64,000 nt of DNA from a virus (IMGVR_UViG_3300031669_005479:138815-202814), one strand, 5' to 3'; positions 1-10,949 are shown, counted from the first letter of the stretch. Notes: generated by a model not told the origin, from the sequence alone. Numbers and translations are program-made.

Positions 1-132
1 AAAAATATGAAGAATTTGAAGAAGCAGAATCCCAGGGAAAATTTTTTCACCAAAAGATAAATAATAATAAACAACATCCCATGCGTAAAGAATTTACACT
101 TTACCCTAACGAAATAAAGGAACTTAAACAAG

Positions 133-450
133 TTGTTGAAAATAATAAGCTTGAGGAAGAAGATGAATAGTATCGAAGAATATCAAAATCTTGTTAGTTT
201 GCTTGAACAGGCATTAAAATTTTATGCAAATAAGCAAAATTATGTTAGTAATACAAGCAGTAATTCGTTAATTGCTTCCGATGATTATGGTTCACAAGCA
301 CGTTTTGCATTGAGAAAAATTGAGGAATTGAATAATATCAATACTCAAATGGAAAACGATTTTATTAAACTATCTGAATCCACTGATGGTGATACAACAA
401 ATAGTGAATTGCTTAGGGCAATTAATGGTATTAATAATATTGGAAAATAA
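133..450 (+). CDS. hypothetical protein
   Basis: Open ORF in tandem with dUTPase; likely start is the Met at about 166; no motif recognised. Confidence 0.6.
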   Translation: MLKIISLRKKMNSIEEYQNLVSLLEQALKFYANKQNYVSNTSSNSLIASDDYGSQARFALRKIEELNNINTQMENDFIKLSESTDGDTTNSELLRAINGINNIGK

Positions 451-460
451 ATTTTAATAT

Positions 461-919
461 ATGAAGATTAAATTTAAAAAATTATCACCTAACGCCACTA
501 CGCCGTTAAAGTTAATTGATATTGATGCAGGATTTGATTTATTTGCTACATCAATGGTAGAAACAAATAGTTTTGTCGAGTATGGAACTGATATTTCGTT
601 TGAAATACCAGAAGGATTTGTTGGATTATTATTTCCACGTAGTTCAATCACAAAATATGATTTAATGTTGAAGAATTCAATTGGATTAATTGATGCATCA
701 TATCGAGGTGAAATTCGTTGTAGATTTTTTGGAACAAATAATACATACTATTCTGTTGGTAGTCAAAAAACAATTATATATAGTAAAAACAGCTATAAAG
801 TTGGTGACAGAATTGCACAAATCGTGTTCATGGAATTACCAAAAATTGAATTAGAAGAATCCGAAGAATTAAGTAATACCGAAAGAGGAACTGGTGGTTT
901 TGGACATACTGGTGAATAA
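461..919 (+). CDS. dut: trimeric dUTPase
   Basis: Motifs AGFDL, PRSS, GLIDASYRGEI, RIAQ, RGTGGFGHTG. Confidence 0.97.
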   Translation: MKIKFKKLSPNATTPLKLIDIDAGFDLFATSMVETNSFVEYGTDISFEIPEGFVGLLFPRSSITKYDLMLKNSIGLIDASYRGEIRCRFFGTNNTYYSVGSQKTIIYSKNSYKVGDRIAQIVFMELPKIELEESEELSNTERGTGGFGHTGE

Positions 920-943
920 ATAATATTAATTAAAATAAATAAT

Positions 944-1138
944 ATGAAAACAGGAGCAATTACTTCAAGAAGAGAAACAGCAAAAAAATTACTTGAAACT
1001 CAACTAAAAAGAGGGACAAAACCAGAAAAAATTGATGGTAAAACCACCAATAAAATGGTACAATTGAGTCCATCAGATATTACTCGAATTACCAAAGAAC
1101 TCGATAGACTAAATAATCCAAAGGGTAGTATAAAATAA
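944..1138 (+). CDS. hypothetical small basic protein
   Basis: 64-aa ORF between dut and thyA on the same strand. Confidence 0.6.
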   Translation: MKTGAITSRRETAKKLLETQLKRGTKPEKIDGKTTNKMVQLSPSDITRITKELDRLNNPKGSIK

Positions 1139-1158
1139 ACTTATTTTAATTATACATT

Positions 1159-2763
1159 ATGAAGCAATATTTAGAATTGTTAGAGAATATTCTTACCAAT
1201 GGTGTTGAAAAGGAAAGTGGTAGAATTAATATGCCAAATACTATTGGTATATCAAACGCCATGATTAAAATGGATTTAACAGAAGGTTTTCCATTACTTA
1301 CCACAAAAAAAATGTATTGGAAAGGTATTGTTCATGAATTGTTGTGGTTTCTGAGAGGTGAAACAAATATCAAATATTTGGTTGATAATAATGTAAATAT
1401 TTGGAATGACGATGCATTTAGATTTTTTCAAGAACGTCTTTGGTTATTGCCTAATATTAAAAATATAACAATGGAAGAATTTCTTAATAGAGTTAAGAAC
1501 GAACAATTCGAAGAAAAATTTCATTATAAATATGGTGATTTGGGTCCAGTTTATGGACATAATTGGAGAAATTATAATGGTAAAGTGAACTACTATCATA
1601 TTAGTAAAAAACCTAAGTTTGAATTGGATGATTCGTATGTGTTTGGTGTTGGGATCATTGAAACTTGGAGAGGCATTAAAAAACGTCCGTTATTTAATAC
1701 TTGGTATAATATGATTAGTAGATGTTATAACTACTATGATCCCAATTTTTCAGTATATGGTGGTAGGGGCGTATATGTTTCAGATGATTGGTTAAATTTT
1801 AAATTATTTGATGAAGAGGTAAAGACAATTTTAAATTATAGCAATAAATTAAACGATCCACATAAATATCAATTAGATAAAGATTATCTGGGTGGTAAAT
1901 GTTATTCAAAAGAAAATTGTATTTGGTTTAGTACTGAAAATAATTCAAGATTAACGACTAAAAATTTTGAATATATCATATCTAATGGTGAAAAAACAAT
2001 AACGACAACTAATATTCAAGGAACTGCAAATGAATTGGGAATCGAACCAACAAATTTGAATAGGGTTTGTAGTGGTGTTAGAAAAAGTGTTGGCGATTGG
2101 TATTTGGTAAGTAAAACAGATTTTAGAATTGGTGAAGACCAAATTGCTAATATTTTAAATCAATTGAAAGAAAATCCATATTCGAGATATCATATCTTGG
2201 ATGGTTGGAATCCAATACAAAGAAAAATAAGTGCACTTGCTCCATGTCATCTACTATATCAATTCATTGTAAGACCTTTGAGTTTTCATGAGAGAGAATC
2301 AATTGCAATGCAAAGAAATATTATTACTAAAGATGAGTATGGACATCTAGTTGGAGTTGATGTTGCAAATGCAGAATATGAAGAAAGAATACTTGGTGAA
2401 AATAATATTCCAAAATTTTATCTTGATTTAAATATGTATCAGAGGAGCGTTGATTCTGCACTTGGATTGGGATTTAATTTAGCTTCTATGTCATTATTGT
2501 TAATGCTATTTGCAAAGGTAAGTAATATGATTGCAGGTGTGGCAACATGGATTGGTGGTGATACACACATTTATGTTAATCATATTGATGGTATTAAAAA
2601 GCAACTGGAAAGAGAGCCATATCAATTACCTCAAATGATAATAGATAAAAAAATAAATTCACTGGATGACATTCTAGCATTAACCATTAATGATTTTGAA
2701 TTAGTTGATTATGTATCACACCCAAAAATTGATTTTGAATTATTTACTGGTTTGAAAAAATAG
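1159..2763 (+). CDS. thyA: thymidylate synthase with an in-frame HNH-like insertion
   Basis: FPLLTTKKMYWKGIVHELLWFLRG, DLGPVYG, LAPCH, YQRSVD, GDTHIYVNH; about 180 extra aa between GPVYGHNWRNYNG and DQI. Confidence 0.95.
   Translation: MKQYLELLENILTNGVEKESGRINMPNTIGISNAMIKMDLTEGFPLLTTKKMYWKGIVHELLWFLRGETNIKYLVDNNVNIWNDDAFRFFQERLWLLPNIKNITMEEFLNRVKNEQFEEKFHYKYGDLGPVYGHNWRNYNGKVNYYHISKKPKFELDDSYVFGVGIIETWRGIKKRPLFNTWYNMISRCYNYYDPNFSVYGGRGVYVSDDWLNFKLFDEEVKTILNYSNKLNDPHKYQLDKDYLGGKCYSKENCIWFSTENNSRLTTKNFEYIISNGEKTITTTNIQGTANELGIEPTNLNRVCSGVRKSVGDWYLVSKTDFRIGEDQIANILNQLKENPYSRYHILDGWNPIQRKISALAPCHLLYQFIVRPLSFHERESIAMQRNIITKDEYGHLVGVDVANAEYEERILGENNIPKFYLDLNMYQRSVDSALGLGFNLASMSLLLMLFAKVSNMIAGVATWIGGDTHIYVNHIDGIKKQLEREPYQLPQMIIDKKINSLDDILALTINDFELVDYVSHPKIDFELFTGLKK
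1582..2130 (+). mobile_element. HNH-type endonuclease plus HTH domain inserted in frame in thyA (boundaries approximate)
   Basis: TWYNMISRCY, YGGRGVYVSDDW, LDKD, YSKENCIW and a C-terminal HTH-like segment (ANELGIEPTNLNRVCSG); no intein terminal residues. Confidence 0.75.
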
Positions 2764-2767
2764 ATGA

Positions 2768-3013
2768 ATGATAATACTATACATATTAATAGTATTATTG
2801 GTGCTAATAATTTTGTTATTAGCACTGGCATTGTTTTATTTTTCGAAGAAAAGTGTATACTTTTCAAATAAAGAAAATGAATTCATTACATTTGTTATTG
2901 ACATATTTGAACAATATGGAGATGATTTAGGTATTCAGTCTAAAGAACAGCATGAAAAATTGACAAATGAACTCGATAAAATTAAAAAAAAACTAAATAA
3001 AAGAGGAGAGTAA
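2768..3013 (+). CDS. small membrane-anchored protein
   Basis: Hydrophobic N-terminal helix followed by a charged tail. Confidence 0.65.
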   Translation: MIILYILIVLLVLIILLLALALFYFSKKSVYFSNKENEFITFVIDIFEQYGDDLGIQSKEQHEKLTNELDKIKKKLNKRGE

Positions 3014-3030
3014 ATTACTCTCCCTTTTTT
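3003..3030. terminator. intrinsic terminator between convergent genes
   Basis: GGAGAG-taaatta-CTCTCC hairpin followed by a T-run. Confidence 0.7.
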
Positions 3031-3051
3031 ATTCATATAATACGTTTTAGT

Positions 3052-3756
3052 CTACAATGTATATATATCGTCTTCATTTGAATCAATATTGTACCAATTA
3101 TTATAATCATAAGGGTTAATTCCCTTTCTTTCCAAATATTTTCCAGTAACAATATTTACTAATTTAGGATTTATTTGCATGTCTCTAATATCATTAAAAA
3201 AGTAATGATTTTTATCTAAACGCAATTCTTCTGGGTCATATCCCTTATACTCCCAACCATTTACAATTTTGCCACCATTTTTTAGTATTGCAAAATGCGT
3301 ATATTTGGGATTAACATTAAACATTCGTCTAGTTTCATCCATAGGTTGTTCGTCATTAATGCCATCATATAAATTACTAACAATTAATTTGAATTCTTCT
3401 TTAGCTGGTTCAATATCGCTTTCATTGGTAATCCAATAGAAATCTTCATTTTGATTACCGTCATAATCCATTTGAATACCATTTTTTTTCAAATCTTGAA
3501 TGATTTCTTGTTTTAGACTATCGTTTCTACCAATCTTAGTGACACCATTTTTACTAAACAATTCATTATACATCGTATCTGTAATTTGTTTAATTTGTGT
3601 TGCTTCTTGTTTGCTCACATAAACTTTATTTGTTGGTTTATTATAATATCCACCATCAGAAGCAACTGCAAGTTCTTCATTAAGTTTTGGTTTAAAATCG
3701 GAATTAACTTTACTCATGACCTCAAAAAGCCTTTGTTTATTACTATTTTTCATCAT
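3052..3756 (-). CDS. hypothetical late protein with KQRLFEVM leader (putative virion-packaged)
   Basis: N-terminus nearly identical to 35239..35631; GTATTTAT motif just upstream. Confidence 0.7.
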   Translation of the reverse strand: MMKNSNKQRLFEVMSKVNSDFKPKLNEELAVASDGGYYNKPTNKVYVSKQEATQIKQITDTMYNELFSKNGVTKIGRNDSLKQEIIQDLKKNGIQMDYDGNQNEDFYWITNESDIEPAKEEFKLIVSNLYDGINDEQPMDETRRMFNVNPKYTHFAILKNGGKIVNGWEYKGYDPEELRLDKNHYFFNDIRDMQINPKLVNIVTGKYLERKGINPYDYNNWYNIDSNEDDIYTL

Positions 3757-3825
3757 ACTTAAATTTACTATAAATACATATTAATTTCTTTTTGTTTCAC
3801 TACCTATTACTATTTTTCATCATAT

Positions 3826-4386
3826 TTAAATATGAGAATCCCCCTTTTCACCATCATCAAAATTAAAAACATCAGATTTTACGGGAACACCAGTAATGCG
3901 TTTCCAGTATGACTTAAATCCACCAATGGTTTTGCTCGTTTCGTCTGTTACGTTGTTGGCACTTTCAACTTCATAATATCTATTTTTCTGACCACTCATG
4001 TTGTATTCAATTATATCACCTCTATCTATTTCTAAGTGTTTATCTTCAAGTTCTTTTAAATACACTCCAAATGATATGTTACCAGTGTCATCACGAGCAA
4101 TTCCACCTGGATTGTCACCATAATTTACTTGTTTACCTTCCTCAATATTAATCATCACACTGATTTTAACTGGCGACATAAATTTTTTATCTTTAGTTTT
4201 TGTTTGTCCATAAAGATTATGTGATTTTGTCTCAATTATATTTATTTTATGAATAATAACTTCTTGTGCATTGTCTGTTTGTAAGAAATTTCTACCATAC
4301 ATGACATCCAATTCAAATGAATTGTTTGTCATGAATAATCCCATTCTTTGACTTTCAATATCAATAATTTGTTTTTTCTTTTTCAT
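3826..4386 (-). CDS. neck / head-closure protein (T4 gp14-like)
   Basis: HNLYGQ motif, position downstream of a gp13-like gene, late motif upstream. Confidence 0.6.
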   Translation of the reverse strand: MKKKKQIIDIESQRMGLFMTNNSFELDVMYGRNFLQTDNAQEVIIHKINIIETKSHNLYGQTKTKDKKFMSPVKISVMINIEEGKQVNYGDNPGGIARDDTGNISFGVYLKELEDKHLEIDRGDIIEYNMSGQKNRYYEVESANNVTDETSKTIGGFKSYWKRITGVPVKSDVFNFDDGEKGDSHI

Positions 4387-4500
4387 TTATAAATAATGAT
4401 TTAATATAAATACTTTTTTTATTGAAATTTTTATTATCTTTACGACGATTTTGGTGAAACAGAATAGGATGTATGGGTATTTATAAAAAATTAAAATATT

Positions 4501-6255
4501 ATGAAGAGTGAAATTATTAATGATTTATCTATAGACAATAAATCTGGTAATAAAACTAGGGAAAATTATATTAAAAATCATTATTTGATTGATTATGAAA
4601 ATATCATAAAAATTAATTTTGTTAATAATTGGAACGAAAAATTGTATTGTTATGTTAATAACGTAAATGAAGTGCCCACATGTAGCAATAAAAATTGTAG
4701 TAATCACGTTAAATTTAAAAAATACTCTGAAGGATACCGTGATTATTGTTCAATTCAATGCAGAAATTCTGATTCAAAATTTAAATTATTTGGTGAAAGT
4801 AATCCAATGAAAATTAGTGAAAATGTTGTAAAAGCGAAACAAACAAAAAAAAATAGATATGATGATGAAAATTTTGTTAATTCAGATAAGGCGAAATTAA
4901 CAAAGAAAAAAAAATATTTGGATGAAAACTATAATAATCGAAATAAATTTAAACGTACTACCTTCGAAAAATATGGTGTCGAAGGATTTACTAATAGAGA
5001 GAAGGCAAAGAATACGTCGCTAATTAAATACAAGAATGAATTTTATAATAATAGAAAAAAACACGTTGAAACAAATTTAACCAAATATGGTGTTAAATAT
5101 TATAATAACAGAGAGAAGGCAAAAAATACGTGCCAAAATAAATATGGTTGTGAATCGTTTGTTTTGAGCAATGAGTATAGGCAGATAATTTTTAATAAAA
5201 CCAAAAAAAAATATGCGGATATTTTAAATATTGATGTTAATAATATTGATTATGATGGTGAAAATTTTACAATTAAAATGTATTGTAAAATACACGAAAT
5301 ATTTAAAATAAATCGATATATATTAAAAAATAGAATTGCATATGGAATTGAAGAGTTGTGCACTGCATGTAATCCAATTTCTGATAATTGTTCAATAAAA
5401 GAATTGGAGGTTAATAATTTTATTTCAAATGAATTAGGCATTGAGACAATAAAACATAAAATATCCAATAAAGAAATTGACATTTTTTTACCAAAATATA
5501 ATTTAGGTATTGAATTTGATGGATTGTATTGGCATTCTAGTTTAATGATTAAACCAAATCAGCATCAAATTAAAACTGATTTATGTGAAAAAAATGGTAT
5601 TCACCTATTACATATTTTTGAAAATGAGTGGATAATGAAAAAAAATATTGTTAAATCAATAATTAAATCTAAACTTGGAATTATTGATAATAAAATCTAT
5701 GCTAGAAAAACCGAAATAATGGAAATTTTTGATAATCAATTAGTCAAAAATTTTCTTAAAACAAATCATATTCAAGGATTTGTTGAAAGTAAAATAAAAA
5801 TTGGTTTATTTTATAATAATGAGTTAGTATCACTAATGACTTTTGGTAAAAAAAGATTATCTCTTGGAAATAGTATCAATAATAACGATGAGTATGAAAT
5901 GTTAAGATTTTGTAATAAACTTAATACAAGTGTTGTTGGGGGTGCAAGTAAAATGTTAAAATATTTTATAAAAAAATATCAACCTAATTCAATAATGACG
6001 TTTGCAGACAGAAGGTATTCACAAGGTAATTTATATAAACAACTTGGATTTCTTTTCATAAAAAATACAATACCAAATTATTGGTATTTTAAACCACACG
6101 AATATATGCTACAACATCGCTTCAAATTTAGAAAAGATGTGCTAATAAAAGAAGGTTTTGATCCTACCAAAACTGAACACCAAATAATGGCCGAAAGAGG
6201 TTATAGTCGAATTTATGATTCTGGCTCCATGAAATTTGAACTTAAATTGCGATAA
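4501..6255 (+). CDS. Hef-like free-standing homing endonuclease
   Basis: Zn-finger-like CSIQC, KYG repeats, EIDIFLPKYNLGIEFDGLYWHS nuclease motif, C-terminal NHIQG...RFCNKLN...VVGGASK...FADRRYSQG domain; lies antisense between the neck genes. Confidence 0.75.
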   Translation: MKSEIINDLSIDNKSGNKTRENYIKNHYLIDYENIIKINFVNNWNEKLYCYVNNVNEVPTCSNKNCSNHVKFKKYSEGYRDYCSIQCRNSDSKFKLFGESNPMKISENVVKAKQTKKNRYDDENFVNSDKAKLTKKKKYLDENYNNRNKFKRTTFEKYGVEGFTNREKAKNTSLIKYKNEFYNNRKKHVETNLTKYGVKYYNNREKAKNTCQNKYGCESFVLSNEYRQIIFNKTKKKYADILNIDVNNIDYDGENFTIKMYCKIHEIFKINRYILKNRIAYGIEELCTACNPISDNCSIKELEVNNFISNELGIETIKHKISNKEIDIFLPKYNLGIEFDGLYWHSSLMIKPNQHQIKTDLCEKNGIHLLHIFENEWIMKKNIVKSIIKSKLGIIDNKIYARKTEIMEIFDNQLVKNFLKTNHIQGFVESKIKIGLFYNNELVSLMTFGKKRLSLGNSINNNDEYEMLRFCNKLNTSVVGGASKMLKYFIKKYQPNSIMTFADRRYSQGNLYKQLGFLFIKNTIPNYWYFKPHEYMLQHRFKFRKDVLIKEGFDPTKTEHQIMAERGYSRIYDSGSMKFELKLR

Positions 6256-7360
6256 TTGGAAACATTGGTGGCTGAAATCCCCTCTCTTTATTAACATTTT
6301 CAGCAATTTTTGCTCGTTCCTCAGTTAGATTAACCTGACTTAATTTAGCAAGCTGTTCTAGTATTAATTTTTCCGTATCTTCTTTTAACTTTGTTCCTTC
6401 ATCAAGTAAATGACGATAATCCATTGTTAATTGTTTTTCAGTTACGCCTAATTCTCCACTATAAAATCCTCTAACTGTTCCCAAAACAATCTTAACTTGT
6501 GCAATTAATAAATTTCTGATTTGCTGCTGTGCTACATCATTCATATTACCCCATTGTAATACTTTTGTTGGTGGGTCTGATGGTAACTTAACAATATCAT
6601 TATTTTCTTCTAAGCATTTGTCTCTACCCGTTTTATTTGTATCATAATACCAATACCATACCTTTCTACCTGCATAGTGTTTGCCCCATGCGGGAGCAAT
6701 TTCATATCTATCGCTTGGTATTGGATATAAATGCAATACTTTTTCGCCACTAGCCAAACCAGTAATTCGATATGTTAATATTGATTGCAAAATTCTTTGT
6801 TTCATTCTTCGGTCCTGTGCAGAAAGTAGCGTTGAAAATGTTGGTTGAACATAAAGTGCGGGACGGCCTAGATATGACATTCCCATCATACCTGCACTCC
6901 AAGCATTCAATGCAAATGGGTCAACCAATCCACCATCAATTTCTGGTGGTGTTTCCCATAACACTTCATTTACTTCACGACCTGCAGGAATGATGTAATG
7001 TTGAGTATATTCTTCCGTTGTAATGAAGTCTCGTTTTAATTCCCAGCCAGTTGCTGCAGGTGCATTTGTTCCCAACCCAACTTGTTTTGAATAGGCGTAT
7101 GTAAATGATTCCATGTAACTATTTGGCTTAGTTGTAAATGCACTAAGAAAATCACTACTTTCTTTATTCAGTCCTTCCAATCCAATCCATTGCTGTTGAA
7201 TCAACCAATTGTTTAATAGCGAAGAATAATCCTCAATAACCATTTCTAAATAAGAATCCATCATTTCATCATTGATTTCAAATGGTCTTAATGGAAATCC
7301 TAGAGTATGCTTAACTTTAAGATATAATTTATTTTTATCTGCAGTTGTTATTAATGCCAT
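6242..7360 (-). CDS. neck protein (T4 gp13-like head-tail adaptor)
   Basis: LYLKVKHTLGFPLRPFEINDEMMDSY resembles the gp13 N-terminus; late motif at 7375-7383. Confidence 0.65.
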   Translation of the reverse strand: MALITTADKNKLYLKVKHTLGFPLRPFEINDEMMDSYLEMVIEDYSSLLNNWLIQQQWIGLEGLNKESSDFLSAFTTKPNSYMESFTYAYSKQVGLGTNAPAATGWELKRDFITTEEYTQHYIIPAGREVNEVLWETPPEIDGGLVDPFALNAWSAGMMGMSYLGRPALYVQPTFSTLLSAQDRRMKQRILQSILTYRITGLASGEKVLHLYPIPSDRYEIAPAWGKHYAGRKVWYWYYDTNKTGRDKCLEENNDIVKLPSDPPTKVLQWGNMNDVAQQQIRNLLIAQVKIVLGTVRGFYSGELGVTEKQLTMDYRHLLDEGTKLKEDTEKLILEQLAKLSQVNLTEERAKIAENVNKERGFQPPMFPIIAI

Positions 7361-7458
7361 AATAGCGTTTTGATATAAATACTAAAAATTTTTTTTAAAA
7401 AAACGATTTATTATCAAATAAATAGTTATATTTGCTGAAATAATGAATAACGATAATT

Positions 7459-7923
7459 ATGTATAACATAGATTACGATATATTATTAAATGAACAGGGT
7501 AGACCATATATACATTTACCTGACGATTATGAACAAAGACCCGAAGATAGGTTTTTTGTTGTTGAACTAACGAGATATATATTACAAAGTGTTTATAATG
7601 CGAAAAGTGTGGAATTCGATAAAAATGCCGCTAAAGTAATTGAATCTGGTATTAGCCTTTTAGGACAAGTTAGTGATGAAATCGCAGAAATTTTATGGAA
7701 TCAAATGAAAGTTATGGGTGATGTTGATCTTTTATTAGCAAAAAGATATCACATTACGCTCAACACTGTAGAGGAGATGAATATGTTGGACGATAAATAT
7801 ATTCATCATAATAATAAAATTTATACAAGACAAGAGGGATTGAGGGTTTTTATTATCGAAAACAATAGCATTTACGAATTAACTGGTGGAATTACCAATG
7901 ATTGTTGGACAAAAATTGAATAA
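7459..7923 (+). CDS. hypothetical protein
   Basis: 154-aa ORF downstream of a TATATTTG promoter element. Confidence 0.7.
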   Translation: MYNIDYDILLNEQGRPYIHLPDDYEQRPEDRFFVVELTRYILQSVYNAKSVEFDKNAAKVIESGISLLGQVSDEIAEILWNQMKVMGDVDLLLAKRYHITLNTVEEMNMLDDKYIHHNNKIYTRQEGLRVFIIENNSIYELTGGITNDCWTKIE

Positions 7924-8027
7924 TTTTTTTAGACATTTATTTCCAGTAGTTTTATTGTTATTACCATTTGGAACATTATTATTATTAATTCTGTTTATAA
8001 AACATCCAAAATTTTTAAAGAATAAAA

Positions 8028-10529
8028 ATGATTAATAAACCAACTTCTGAACAAGACCGAGTATTTCTTTTTACAAAAAAAAGACCCGAAAATATTTTAA
8101 TTAAGGCATTTGCAGGTGCTGGTAAATGTCTAGGTATTAATACACCAATATTGATGTATAATGGTGAAATTAAATCAGTTCAGAATATTAACATTGGTGA
8201 TTTATTAATGGGTGATGATTCTACACCAAGAAAAGTAATTAACGTTAACAATGGGACTGGTGAATTATATAAAATAATTCCAAACAAAGGAGAATCATGG
8301 ATTTGTAATGATGTTCATATGATGACATTATTTCATGAATATAAACATGAAATAATTGACATGCCGTTGAATGAAATCAATTATCCGAAATACAGTGGTG
8401 GTTGTTATAGATATGTTCGATTAATGAGAACTGGTGTTGATTTTGTTGAGAATGATGTAACAATAGACCCTTATTTGCTTGGTCTTTGGCTTGGTGATGG
8501 AAAAAAGGAAAATGGAGCACCCACAATATTTGTAAACAAAACAGAAAAACCAATATTAGAATATTTAAAAAATATTAATTATTCTAACATTACACCTAAA
8601 TTCAATGAATATCAAAAAAATTTAATTAATGTCGATTTAACTACTAAAAATTTTAATGGACGTAAAATTAATAATGTATTAAGGGATGAATTTAAACGAT
8701 GTTTAAATGCTGATGGTAGTTTCTCAATACCAAAAAATTATTTAATTAATTCAAAAGAGAATAGATTAAAATTATTGGCAGGTATTATTGATACTGATGG
8801 ATATTGTTATGATAAATGTTATGAGGTAACTACTAAATATAAATCATTTGCTGATGATTTATTATATTTGGGTAGAAGTTTAGGTTTCGCAACATATATA
8901 ACACCAATAAAAAAAGGTATAAAATCGATTAATTTTATTGGTGATTATTGGAAAATATCTATTTCTGGTTCGTTTGAAGATTTACCATGTTTATTAATCA
9001 GAAAACAATCTACATGTAGACTACAAATCAAATCTGTTCTGAGAACTGGATTTAAGAAAGAGTATCAAGGTATTGGTAATTATTATGGATTTACGTTAGA
9101 TGGTAATGGACGATTCTTACTAGGTGATTTTACTATTACACATAACACATCAACAATTGTTGAAGCAGTTAAACTATTACCCAACGATAAGTCAATCATG
9201 TTTTTGGCATTTAATAAGCATATTCAGGAAGAATTAAAAGCAAAATTACCTGAATATGTTAGATGTTATACTACCTATGGTTTAGGCGTTGCAGCAATTA
9301 AAAGAAAATATGGGGATAAAATTCAATTTGATGAATTTAAAGCAGATAAAATAATTCAAAAAAAGTCAAAATCTTGGGATTTACATGATGAACTAAAAAG
9401 TGAAGAAGAGATTAATTTTTATTTAGGTAATATAAAAAAATTGGTTAATTTATGTAGGTTAACACTTACATTAAAATCAGAATATATTCCATATATTTCT
9501 GAAAGATACGACATTCCATTAGGTAAACCCAAAGATATTAAACGGGTTCTGAAAGTTCTCGATGAAATGACCACAGATAGAAAGACATACGATTATACAG
9601 ATATGATATTTCTACCAGCAATTGATAGTAGTATATGGATGTTTCAGCAGGATTACGTATTTGTTGATGAAATACAAGATTTGAATAAGTGCCAAATAAG
9701 AATTATTGAAAAAATTCTGAAGAGAAACAAATCAACCAATAAATATACAGGTAGACTAATTGGTGTTGGTGATTTTTTTCAGGGAATTTATGGTTTTAAT
9801 GCTGCAGATGAAAAATCATTCGAGTGGTTTGAAAAGTTTCCTAACACTAAAGTATTACCACTTTCAACATCATTTAGATGTTCCAAGGCAGTAATTAGAA
9901 AAGCACAAGAAATTGTTCCAGATATTAAAGCACTTGATGATGCACCAGAGGGCGTTGTACGAGATGGAAGTGTATTAACTGAAGCACAAAGTGGTGATTT
10001 TGTATTGTGTCGAACTACGATGCCACTAGTTAAACTATTTTTTGAATTTCTAACGCAAAATAGAAAAGCAGTAATTAAGGGTTCTGATATTGGCCTACAT
10101 CTTATTGAATTAATTGGTAGTATTAATAATATTGATCTGTTGGTGAGTTTTTGGGATGGCGAATTGTTGAAATTTAGAAAAGATTTAAAATCAGAGGGAA
10201 TATTAAATCCTAGTGAACATAGTGGATATGCAGTACTTGAAGATAAGGTTACGACATTACTGTTTTTAGCAAGACTTTCAGAAAGTATTGTTGATTTAAA
10301 ATATAAAATAAAAACTATATTTACTGATGAGATTCAAGGAATCGTACTAAGCACAGTTCACAAAATAAAAGGATTGGAAGCCAATAGAGTTTTTATTATT
10401 AGACCAGACCTATTGCCCATGCAAAATGTAAAGCCTTGGCAATTTCTTCAAGAAAAAAACTTAGAGTATGTTGCAATAACAAGGGCAAAATTAGAATTAA
10501 TATATGACAGAGAATGGAAAGACGAATAA
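8028..10529 (+). CDS. UvrD/Rep-like superfamily I helicase containing an intein
   Basis: Walker A AFAGAGK/T split by the intein, VFVDEIQD, VGDFFQGIYGF, SFRCS, STVHKIKGLE, YVAITRAK. Confidence 0.92.
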   Translation: MINKPTSEQDRVFLFTKKRPENILIKAFAGAGKCLGINTPILMYNGEIKSVQNINIGDLLMGDDSTPRKVINVNNGTGELYKIIPNKGESWICNDVHMMTLFHEYKHEIIDMPLNEINYPKYSGGCYRYVRLMRTGVDFVENDVTIDPYLLGLWLGDGKKENGAPTIFVNKTEKPILEYLKNINYSNITPKFNEYQKNLINVDLTTKNFNGRKINNVLRDEFKRCLNADGSFSIPKNYLINSKENRLKLLAGIIDTDGYCYDKCYEVTTKYKSFADDLLYLGRSLGFATYITPIKKGIKSINFIGDYWKISISGSFEDLPCLLIRKQSTCRLQIKSVLRTGFKKEYQGIGNYYGFTLDGNGRFLLGDFTITHNTSTIVEAVKLLPNDKSIMFLAFNKHIQEELKAKLPEYVRCYTTYGLGVAAIKRKYGDKIQFDEFKADKIIQKKSKSWDLHDELKSEEEINFYLGNIKKLVNLCRLTLTLKSEYIPYISERYDIPLGKPKDIKRVLKVLDEMTTDRKTYDYTDMIFLPAIDSSIWMFQQDYVFVDEIQDLNKCQIRIIEKILKRNKSTNKYTGRLIGVGDFFQGIYGFNAADEKSFEWFEKFPNTKVLPLSTSFRCSKAVIRKAQEIVPDIKALDDAPEGVVRDGSVLTEAQSGDFVLCRTTMPLVKLFFEFLTQNRKAVIKGSDIGLHLIELIGSINNIDLLVSFWDGELLKFRKDLKSEGILNPSEHSGYAVLEDKVTTLLFLARLSESIVDLKYKIKTIFTDEIQGIVLSTVHKIKGLEANRVFIIRPDLLPMQNVKPWQFLQEKNLEYVAITRAKLELIYDREWKDE
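8127..9146 (+). mobile_element. LAGLIDADG intein (340 aa) in the helicase P-loop
   Basis: Starts CLGINT, ends ITHN followed by Thr; internal LGLWLGDG and LAGIIDTDG motifs. Confidence 0.93.
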
Positions 10530-10579
10530 AATATTGTATATTTGTCTTAAATAAATAACTATATTAAATACATAAATTT

Positions 10580-10861
10580 ATGAATGAAGGTAATACACAA
10601 ACAAGGACATTAATGAGTTCTTTGGAGATTTTAAATGAAAATGTAAGACAACTTGAAAAATTATTAAATTTAAGTGAAAAATTAGTCGATAAATTTGAAA
10701 GAACAGAAAATGATCTCAAAAAGGGATCAGCTGAAATTGATTCTGGTTATGAAAAGCAACAAAATATTGTTGGTTTATTTTATGGGGCAAATGAGCGCAT
10801 TGTTGTGCTGATGAATAAAATTGAAACTAATGTTGAAAAAGTTATTTCAATGATTGACTAA
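10580..10861 (+). CDS. hypothetical coiled-coil protein
   Basis: 93-aa ORF after a TATATTTG element. Confidence 0.65.
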   Translation: MNEGNTQTRTLMSSLEILNENVRQLEKLLNLSEKLVDKFERTENDLKKGSAEIDSGYEKQQNIVGLFYGANERIVVLMNKIETNVEKVISMID

Positions 10862-10949
10862 CATAATTATTTGGATAATGACATATGATGCAAAATAACT
10901 GAAAATTTGGGAGACAGATGAACCAGATATCGATTATTCACAAAGCAAA

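Noticed and set aside
1582-2130. thyA insert as a group I intron or intein
   Set aside because: The frame is continuous with no non-coding core, and intein terminal motifs are absent.
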